Assembly: GCA_016184305.1 (NCBI GenBank)
Contig: JACPCX010000120.1
Location: 1-19,401, forward strand
Direction: 5' to 3'
DNA: 19,401 bases
From: Candidatus Rokuibacteriota bacterium
GTDB lineage: Bacteria; Methylomirabilota; Methylomirabilia; Rokubacteriales; CSP1-6
Shown: positions 8,811-15,397 of the stretch, piece after piece
Numbering within the stretch: position 1 is the stretch's first letter
How the letters are laid out: each line of letters begins with the position of its first letter
Translations under genes and position numbers: made by a program
Notes under the pieces: model-generated
Seen by the model: only the letters and a program-made list of their open reading frames with translations
What the model was told of the DNA's origin: nothing
Database searches by the model: none

Positions 8811-10658
8811 ATGGCCGCACCCAAGGCATCGGCATCACCTGGACCCGCGACGGCCAAGTCCCCGGCGACGAGCCGGCCCCTCCTGCTCTCGGGCAACGAG
8901 GCCATCGCCCGGGGCGCCCGGGAGGCGGGCGTGCGCGTGGCGGCCGGGTATCCGGGGACGCCCAGCACCGAGATCCTCGAGACGCTTGTGCGGCTGGACC
9001 CGGGACGGCAGGTTTACGTCGAGTGGGCGACCAACGAGAAGGTCGCCCTGGATGTGGCGCTGGGCGCGGCCATGGGCGGGGCGCGGGCGCTGTGCGCGAT
9101 GAAGCACGTGGGGCTCAATGTCGCCGCCGACACCTTCATGACAGCGGCCTACACGGGCGCCCGCGCCGGGCTGGTCATCGTCACCGCGGACGACCCCGGC
9201 ATCCACTCCTCTCAGAACGAGCAGGACAACCGCCTGTTCGCCCGCTTCGCCGGCGTCCCGCTGCTGGAGCCCGCCGACAGCCAGGAGGCGCGCGACTTCA
9301 CCGTCGAGGCCTTCGATCTGGCCGAGCGCTTCGACGTGCCCGTGCTCATCCGCACCACCACGCGGGTGTCGCACGCGCGCGGCGTCGTCACGCCGGGCCA
9401 CCTCCAGGTCGCCCCCGTGCTCGGCTTCGAGCGCGCCCCCGGGAAGTTCGTCATGCTGCCGTCCAACGCGCGCCCGCGCCACCGGGCGCTGCTGGAGCGC
9501 CTCGAGGCCATGGCGCGGGAGGTGGAGGCCAGTCCGCTCAATCGCATCGAGTGGCGCGACCGGGCGCTGGGCGTGGTGACGAGCGGGATCACGTATCACT
9601 ACGTGCGCGAGGTCTTCCCGGAGGCGAGCGTCCTCAAGCTCGGCTGGACCCACCCGCTGCCGCAGGGCCTCTCGCGCGAGTTCGCGGCCGGTGTCGGCCG
9701 CCTCGTCGTGGTCGAGGAGCTGGAGCCCTTCCTCGAGGAGCAGCTCCGCGCCCTCGGCCTCGCCGTCGAGGGCAAGGCCTGGTTCCCGCGGGACGGCGAG
9801 CTCGCCCCGGAGACGGTGCGGCGCGGCTTCGAGCGCGCGGGGTGCCTTCCGGCGAGCGAGAGCAGGCCGCTCTCCTCCGGTCAGACGGCCACGCGGCCGC
9901 CTGTCCTGTGTCCGGGCTGCCCCCACGTCGCGCCGTTCGTGGCGCTTCGCCAGCTGGGCGCGGTGGTGGCCGGCGACATCGGCTGCTACACGCTCGCCGC
10001 CACCGAGCCGCTGCTGGCCATGGACTCCACCGTGGCCATGGGCTCGAGCATCGGGATGGCCATCGGCCTGGCGCGCTCGGGCGGCGCCACCGGGCCTGTC
10101 GTCGCCGCCATCGGCGACTCCACGTTCCTCCACGCGGGACTCCCCGCGCTCGCCGACGCCGCCTACAACGGGACGCGGGTGACTGTCCTCATCCTCGACA
10201 ACGCGACGACCGCCATGACCGGCGGCCAGGCCCACCCCGCCACCGGGACGACGATCCGCGGCGACGCGGCCTCCGTGGTGGACCTGCCGGCGGTCTGCCG
10301 GGCGCTCGGCGTTGCCTCCGTCCGCGTGGTCGATCCCTACGATCTCGCGGCCACGCATCTGGCGCTCGAGCAGGCCGTCGCCTCGCCCGGCGTGTCCGTG
10401 GTCATCACGAACCGCCCCTGCGTCGAGGCGCCCGCCAAGGTGCGGGACCATCCCTTCCACGTCATCGCCGAGCGCTGCACCGCCTGCCAGGCCTGCATGA
10501 ACCTCGGCTGCCCGTCCATCACCTGGAGCGAGGGGTGGCACGAGGGGCGGCGGAAGGTCCAGATCGACGTCGGCACGTGCACGGGGTGCACCGTCTGCGC
10601 GCAGGTCTGCCTCATGGAGGCGATGGTCCCGGTGCCCGGATGGAGCCCGAAGCGATGA
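8811..10658 (+). CDS. iorA: Indolepyruvate:ferredoxin oxidoreductase alpha subunit
   Basis: SD GAGGGGAG before ATG 8811. Motifs: LLSGNEAIARGA, YPGTPSTEI, NEKVA, MKHVGLNVAAD, DDPGIHSSQNEQDNR, RPPVLCPGCPH, GDIGCY, TPP motif IGDSTF..LDNATTAMTGGQ, and C-terminal 2x[4Fe-4S] (CTACQACMNLGCP; CTGCTVCAQVC). Confidence 0.93.
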   Translation: MAAPKASASPGPATAKSPATSRPLLLSGNEAIARGAREAGVRVAAGYPGTPSTEILETLVRLDPGRQVYVEWATNEKVALDVALGAAMGGARALCAMKHVGLNVAADTFMTAAYTGARAGLVIVTADDPGIHSSQNEQDNRLFARFAGVPLLEPADSQEARDFTVEAFDLAERFDVPVLIRTTTRVSHARGVVTPGHLQVAPVLGFERAPGKFVMLPSNARPRHRALLERLEAMAREVEASPLNRIEWRDRALGVVTSGITYHYVREVFPEASVLKLGWTHPLPQGLSREFAAGVGRLVVVEELEPFLEEQLRALGLAVEGKAWFPRDGELAPETVRRGFERAGCLPASESRPLSSGQTATRPPVLCPGCPHVAPFVALRQLGAVVAGDIGCYTLAATEPLLAMDSTVAMGSSIGMAIGLARSGGATGPVVAAIGDSTFLHAGLPALADAAYNGTRVTVLILDNATTAMTGGQAHPATGTTIRGDAASVVDLPAVCRALGVASVRVVDPYDLAATHLALEQAVASPGVSVVITNRPCVEAPAKVRDHPFHVIAERCTACQACMNLGCPSITWSEGWHEGRRKVQIDVGTCTGCTVCAQVCLMEAMVPVPGWSPKR

Positions 10659-11518
10659 TGCAGGATGGCGGCAGCCTCCTGCTCATCGGCGTGGGCGGGC
10701 AGGGGGTCGTGCTGGCCAGCGCCATCGTGGCGGATGCCGCCCTGCGGGCCGGCTGGGACGTGAAGCAGAGCGAGGTGCACGGCATGTCGCAGCGGGGCGG
10801 CGTCGTCTCCTCGCATCTGCGCTTCGGCCGCCGCGTGCACTCGCCGCTCATCGAGGCGGGACAGGCCGACGCGGTGGTGGCGATGGAGTGGAACGAGGGC
10901 CTCCGCGCCCTGCCGTATCTCCGCCGGGGCGGCCCGCTCGTCATCAACCTGCAGCGCACGGTGCCGCCGGGCGCCTGCCGCGATCGGATCGGGGGCGCCT
11001 CGGGCTACCCCGCGCTGGCCCTCGACGCCCTGGTCACCGAGGTGGGCGATGTGCGGGCCTGCGACGCCATGGAGATCGCCGCCCGGCTCGGGAGCCCCAA
11101 GGCCCAGAACAGCGTGCTGCTTGGCGTGCTGGCGCCGCTCCTGCCGTTTCCGGACGCGGCGTGGCTCGGCTCCCTGGACGATCACGTGCCGCGCGCCACG
11201 GTCACCGCCAACGAGAAGGCGTTCGAGGCGGGGCGCGCGCTCGAGTTCCCCGCCGAGACGCTCGCTCAGGCCGCCCGCGCCGCCGCGGCGACGAACGGCC
11301 ACGTCCACGGGCGCGGCCGGCCGGCGCGACTCGAGATCACCGCGGCATGGTGCAAGGGCCGAGCCTGCGAGATCTGCGTGCGCGTCTGCCCCGAGCGGTG
11401 CCTCGGGATCAACGGGATCGACAAGGTTCGGGTCACGCGCGCCGAGGCCTGCACCGGGTGCCGTCTCTGCGAATTGCTCTGCCCGGACTTCGCCATTGTC
11501 GTCCACGAGGAGGCCTGA
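10655..11518 (+). CDS. iorB: Indolepyruvate:ferredoxin oxidoreductase beta subunit fused to a C-terminal KorD-like 2x[4Fe-4S] ferredoxin (287 aa)
   Basis: ATGA overlap with the iorA stop. GVGGQGVVLAS...DVKQSEVHGMSQRGGVVSSHLRFG..VHSPLI is IorB-like. After an Ala-rich linker comes WCKGRACEICVRVCP...CTGCRLCELLCPDFAI, a KorD/OorD-type ferredoxin. Confidence 0.88.
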   Translation: MMQDGGSLLLIGVGGQGVVLASAIVADAALRAGWDVKQSEVHGMSQRGGVVSSHLRFGRRVHSPLIEAGQADAVVAMEWNEGLRALPYLRRGGPLVINLQRTVPPGACRDRIGGASGYPALALDALVTEVGDVRACDAMEIAARLGSPKAQNSVLLGVLAPLLPFPDAAWLGSLDDHVPRATVTANEKAFEAGRALEFPAETLAQAARAAAATNGHVHGRGRPARLEITAAWCKGRACEICVRVCPERCLGINGIDKVRVTRAEACTGCRLCELLCPDFAIVVHEEA

Positions 11519-11519
11519 G

Positions 11520-12671
11520 GTGACGGCGCGGGTCGAGCTGGTCCAGGGCAACCAGGGTTGCGCGCGGGCCGCGCTCGACGCGGGGTGCCGCTTCTATGCC
11601 GGCTACCCGATCACGCCCTCCTCGGAGATCGCGGAAGTCCTGGCGGCGGCGCTCCCCGGGCTGGGCGGCGTGTTCCTCCAGATGGAGGACGAGATCGCCT
11701 CCATGGGGGCGGTGCTGGGGGCCTCCCTCGCCGGACGCAAGGCGATGACGGCCTCCAGCGGACCCGGCTTCTCGCTCATGCAGGAGCATATCGGCTACGC
11801 GGCCTTCACCGAGATCCCCTGCGTCATCGTGAACGTGATGCGCGGTGGCCCGAGCACGGGGCTGCCCACGAGCCCGGCCCAGGGCGATGTGATGCAGGCG
11901 CGCTGGGGCACGCACGGCGATCACCCGATCATCGTGCTGGTGCCCGCCTCGGTCGCCGAGGTGTACGGGCTCACCGTGCAGGCCTTCACCCTGGCCGAGC
12001 GCTACCGGACGCCGGTCGTGCTTCTCTACGACGAGGTGATCGGGCATGTGCGCGAGCGCGTGACGCTGCCCGATGCGGCGGCGCTGCCGCTCATCGAGCG
12101 GCCGCGCCCCGCAGGCCCGCCGGCGGGCTACCGTCCCTACGCCGCCACGCAGACGGGCGTGCCCCCCATGGCCGACTTCGGCTCGGGCTACCGCTTCCAC
12201 GTGACCGGGCTTGCCCACGACGAGCGTGGCTATCCGACTCAGGACGCTGCCGTCGTCGCGCGCCTGCACGCGCGCCTGCACGCCAAGCTCGAGCGCGGGC
12301 GGGACGACATCGTCTCCTGGGAGGCGGCAGGCCTGGACGATGCCGAGACGGTTGTCGTGGCCTTCGGCATCGCGGCACGGGCGGCACGGCAGGCCATGAC
12401 CCTGGCGCGGGCGCGCGGCGAGCGGGTCGGCGTCTTCCGGCCACGGACGCTCTGGCCTTTCCCCGACCGCGAGCTGAAGGACATTGCCGGTCGGGCGCGG
12501 CGGATCGTCGTGGCGGAGATGAACATGGGGCAGATGCTCCTGGAGGTCGAGCGCTGCGTCGCCGGGCAGGCGCCCGTGGTGCCGTGCCTGCGGGCGGACG
12601 GCCTGCCGCTGACTCCGGAGGACGTGCTGGCACGGCTCGAGGCGCCGGCGCGGGCGGGAGCGATCCGATGA
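11520..12671 (+). CDS. korA: 2-oxoacid (2-oxoglutarate-type):ferredoxin oxidoreductase alpha subunit (383 aa)
   Basis: GTG at 11520 with SD GAGGAGG inside the end of the previous gene. Motifs: QGNQGCARAA..AGCRFYAGYPITPSSEI, QMEDEIAS, ASSGPGFSLMQE, RGGPSTGLPT, QARWGTHGDHP, HVTGLAHDERG, LWPFP, EMNMGQ. Confidence 0.9.
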   Translation: MTARVELVQGNQGCARAALDAGCRFYAGYPITPSSEIAEVLAAALPGLGGVFLQMEDEIASMGAVLGASLAGRKAMTASSGPGFSLMQEHIGYAAFTEIPCVIVNVMRGGPSTGLPTSPAQGDVMQARWGTHGDHPIIVLVPASVAEVYGLTVQAFTLAERYRTPVVLLYDEVIGHVRERVTLPDAAALPLIERPRPAGPPAGYRPYAATQTGVPPMADFGSGYRFHVTGLAHDERGYPTQDAAVVARLHARLHAKLERGRDDIVSWEAAGLDDAETVVVAFGIAARAARQAMTLARARGERVGVFRPRTLWPFPDRELKDIAGRARRIVVAEMNMGQMLLEVERCVAGQAPVVPCLRADGLPLTPEDVLARLEAPARAGAIR

Positions 12672-14158
12672 CCACGGCGGCCGCGAGCCAGATCGACTAC
12701 CGCGAGTACCTGCGGCTCGACATGATGCCGCACATCCTCTGTCCGGGCTGCGGACACGGGATCGTGCTGAAGGCGATCCTGCGTGCCATCCACCGGCTCG
12801 GGCTCCGGCGCGAGGAGGTGGCCTTCGTCTCCGGCATCGGCTGCTCGAGCCGCATCGTCGGCTACGTGGACTTCTGCACGCTGCACACGACCCACGGCCG
12901 GCCGCTCACCTTCGCCACGGGGCTCAAGCTCGCGCGGCCGGCTCTGCACGTCATCGTCATCACTGGCGACGGCGACGGGCTCGCCATCGGAGGCAACCAC
13001 CTGATCCACGCGGCCCGGCGCAACGTGGACCTCACCTGCCTCCTCCTGAACAACGCCATCTATGGCATGACGGGCGGGCAGGGGGCGCCCACGACGCCCG
13101 AGGGGGCGCGCAGCAGCATCACGCCCGGCGGGGCCATCGAGCCCGCCTTCGACGCCTGCCGGCTCGCCCTCGGCGCCGGCGCCTCCTTCGTCGCGCGGGG
13201 GCTCACGGCCCAGCCGCTCCAGCTCGACGACCTGATCGTGCAGGCGATGGAGCACAAGGGCTTCTCGTTCCTCGAGGTGCTCAGCGATTGCCCCGAGTTC
13301 TTCGGCCGCTACAACGACCTCGGGCGCGGACCGGAGATGCTCCAGGCGCAGCGGAGCCACGTCGAGTGGATCGGCGCCGCGCTCGCGGAGAAGACGTACG
13401 TCCCCGGGCTCGGATCCGATACGCCGTCCCACGGGGCGGCTCCGGCCTTCAACGCCGGAGTCCTCCACCGCGAGGCGCGCCCGGATCTCGGAGCACAGCT
13501 CGCTCAGCGGGCGACGGCGGCGCCGACTGCGCGGGCGTGGCACCCCGAACCGGCTGCCACGCTCCCGGGCGCGGTGACCGGGACAGTCTCCAACGGGATC
13601 GTCGCCGCCGGGCCCATGAGAATCCGGCTGGCGGGCGCGGGCGGCCAGGGCATCGTGCTGGCGGGGCTGCTCCTGGCCGAGGCCGCCGTGGCCGCAGGCC
13701 GCAACGCAACCCACGCCCAGGCCTATGGACCGGAGTCCCGAGGGGGAGCGAGCAAGGCGGAGGTCATCATCAGCGACGGGGAGATCGAGTTCCCCTGCGC
13801 CGACCGCGTGGATGCGCTGGTGGCGCTGACCCGGGAAGCGTACGACCGCTACGTGTCACTGCTCGAGCCTGGCGGCACGCTCGTCGTGGACCGCGACCAG
13901 GTGCCCGTGGAGTCGACGAATGGGTTCGCCTGCCACGCGCTCCCCATCGCTGCCACGGCCCAGCAGGCTCTCGGCACCACGATGGGGGCGAATCTCGTGG
14001 CGCTGGGCGCCATCGTCGGGCTCACCGCCGCGGTGCCCGTGGAGGCCGTGGAGCGCGCCGTCGCCGCCCGCCGCCCCGGCGGCAGCGCCGAGCGCGCCCT
14101 GACCGCATTCCGCGCCGGCCTCGCCCTGGGGTCAGGTCTTGCATTACGACATCGGTAG
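12668..14158 (+). CDS. korB: 2-oxoacid:ferredoxin oxidoreductase beta subunit fused to gamma subunit (KorB::KorC, 496 aa)
   Basis: ATGA overlap with korA. Beta motifs: PHILCPGCGHG, SGIGCSSR, LHTTHGR, GDGDGLAIGGNH, NNAIYGMTGGQ. After a Pro/Ala/Thr linker, the gamma domain from 13616 reads MRIRLAGAGGQG...QAYGPESRGGASKAEVIISD. Confidence 0.9.
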   Translation: MTTAAASQIDYREYLRLDMMPHILCPGCGHGIVLKAILRAIHRLGLRREEVAFVSGIGCSSRIVGYVDFCTLHTTHGRPLTFATGLKLARPALHVIVITGDGDGLAIGGNHLIHAARRNVDLTCLLLNNAIYGMTGGQGAPTTPEGARSSITPGGAIEPAFDACRLALGAGASFVARGLTAQPLQLDDLIVQAMEHKGFSFLEVLSDCPEFFGRYNDLGRGPEMLQAQRSHVEWIGAALAEKTYVPGLGSDTPSHGAAPAFNAGVLHREARPDLGAQLAQRATAAPTARAWHPEPAATLPGAVTGTVSNGIVAAGPMRIRLAGAGGQGIVLAGLLLAEAAVAAGRNATHAQAYGPESRGGASKAEVIISDGEIEFPCADRVDALVALTREAYDRYVSLLEPGGTLVVDRDQVPVESTNGFACHALPIAATAQQALGTTMGANLVALGAIVGLTAAVPVEAVERAVAARRPGGSAERALTAFRAGLALGSGLALRHR

Positions 14159-14294
14159 GGTACGGTCTTGCATTGTGATACGGGTCAGGGGCCTGATCAT
14201 CGTGCACCGCTGGGAGCGCAACGGCGGCGGGGCTGGGGCCACGTGTCGGATTGCAAGACCTGACCCCTAGCGCTCTACGCGCCGGCCTCGCCCT
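14111..14294 (+). repeat. 17-bp direct repeat flanking the inverted-repeat element
   Basis: CGCGCCGGCCTCGCCCT occurs at 14111-14127 and again at 14278-14294. Confidence 0.9.
14128..14267. mobile_element. 140-bp MITE/REP-like element with 24-bp imperfect terminal inverted repeats
   Basis: GGGGTCAGGTCTTGCATTACGACA (14128-14151) matches the reverse complement of 14244-14267 (GGGGTCAGGTCTTGCAATCCGACA) at 22/24, with the outer 16 bp perfect. An internal degenerate copy GGGTACGGTCTTGCATT lies at 14158-14174. No transposase is present. Confidence 0.7.
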
Positions 14295-14314
14295 CGTCGC
14301 CAAGCGCTGAGCGG

Positions 14315-15397
14315 CTAGCTCACCCAGTCGCAGATGAAGACGTCGAGGTCGCGGGGGGCCGCGGCGCCTCGATTGCTGCAGAAGACGAGCTGGCTGCCGT
14401 CGCGGGAGAACATCGGAAAGGACGCGAAGGACTCGGTCCAGGTGAGCCGCTCGAGCCCCCCGCCGTCGCGGTCGATCAGGTAGAGAGCGAAGCTCCGGCC
14501 CGACGGGTCGTGCAGGTTCGACGAGAACACGACCTTCCGGGAGTCCGGGTGCATGAACGGCGAGAAGTTCGCGGCGCCGTTGCGCGTGACCTGGGTGAGC
14601 CCGCTGCCGTCGGCTCCCATGGAGAAGATCTCGAGCCGCCGCGGCCGCACCAGGCTCTGGCCCAGGAGCGACCGGTACTCGTCGAGATCGGCCCCCGCTG
14701 CAGGCCGGGCGGCGCGGAAGACGACGTACCGCCCGTCCCAGGAGAAGAAGGGCCCGCCGTCGTAGCCGATCCCGTCCGTCAGCCGGCGCAGGTTCCCGCC
14801 GTCGGCGTCCATCGCGTAGAGGTCGAGATCGCCGTCCCTGAGCGAGGTGAAGACGATGCGCTTGCCGTCCGGCGAGACGGCGCCCTCGGCGTCGTAGCCG
14901 TCGTTGTCGGTGAGGCGGGTCAGCGCGCCGCTGGCGAGATCGGCGGCGAAGATCTCGTAGGAGCGGTAGATGGGCCAGACATAGCCCTGGGAGCGGTCGG
15001 GCGGCGTCGGGCAGTCGGCGCCGCCCAGATGGGTCGAGGCGTAGATGATGCGCCGGCCGTCGGGAAAGAAGAAGGCGCAGGTGGTGCGCCCCTTGCCCGT
15101 CGAGACCAGGCGGACATCCCCGCCGTCCGCGCGCATGGTGAAGATCTGATCGCAGCCGAAGGGCGGCCTCGTGGACTGGAACACCAGGCGCGTGCCCGTC
15201 CAGTCGAAATAGGCCTCGGCGTTCTGGCCGCCGAATGTGAGCTGCCGGAGGTTCGCGAGCCGGCGCTCGCGGGGATCGGCGGCCGGTCCCGCGGCCCGCG
15301 CCTTCCTGAGGCGGGCCTGGATGGACTCCGCGAGCGCCCAGGCGGAGCCCGTGAGACCGAGGCGCAGCATGGTCCTGCGGTCGAGGCGCCATGCCAT
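14315..15397 (-). CDS. TolB-like beta-propeller (PD40-repeat) protein with a putative Tat signal (360 aa)
   Basis: ATG 15397 overlaps the peptidase stop (TGATG). N-terminal LDRRTML..G..GSAWALA. Repeats: RQLTFGGQNAEAYF, GRTTCAFF.PDG, GYDAEGAVSPDGKRIVFTS.RDGDLDLY, GYDGGPFFS, FPMFSRDG. Confidence 0.88.
   Translation of the reverse strand: MAWRLDRRTMLRLGLTGSAWALAESIQARLRKARAAGPAADPRERRLANLRQLTFGGQNAEAYFDWTGTRLVFQSTRPPFGCDQIFTMRADGGDVRLVSTGKGRTTCAFFFPDGRRIIYASTHLGGADCPTPPDRSQGYVWPIYRSYEIFAADLASGALTRLTDNDGYDAEGAVSPDGKRIVFTSLRDGDLDLYAMDADGGNLRRLTDGIGYDGGPFFSWDGRYVVFRAARPAAGADLDEYRSLLGQSLVRPRRLEIFSMGADGSGLTQVTRNGAANFSPFMHPDSRKVVFSSNLHDPSGRSFALYLIDRDGGGLERLTWTESFASFPMFSRDGSQLVFCSNRGAAAPRDLDVFICDWVS

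Noticed and set aside
9023..10654. Long upstream extension of the iorB frame (and likewise 11049-11519 for korA and 11558-12667 for korB)
   Set aside because: These are off-frame overlaps with the preceding genes. The real starts are at the coupled junctions.
12258..12281. 12-bp tandem repeat GCGCGCCTGCAC x2 in korA (ARLHARLH)
   Set aside because: It is in frame within a probable helix, has only two copies, and shows no sign of phase variation.
14111..14294. Possible mini-CRISPR array or integrase att site
   Set aside because: The main repeats are inverted, there is no regular spacer periodicity, and no cas, integrase or tRNA gene is in the window.
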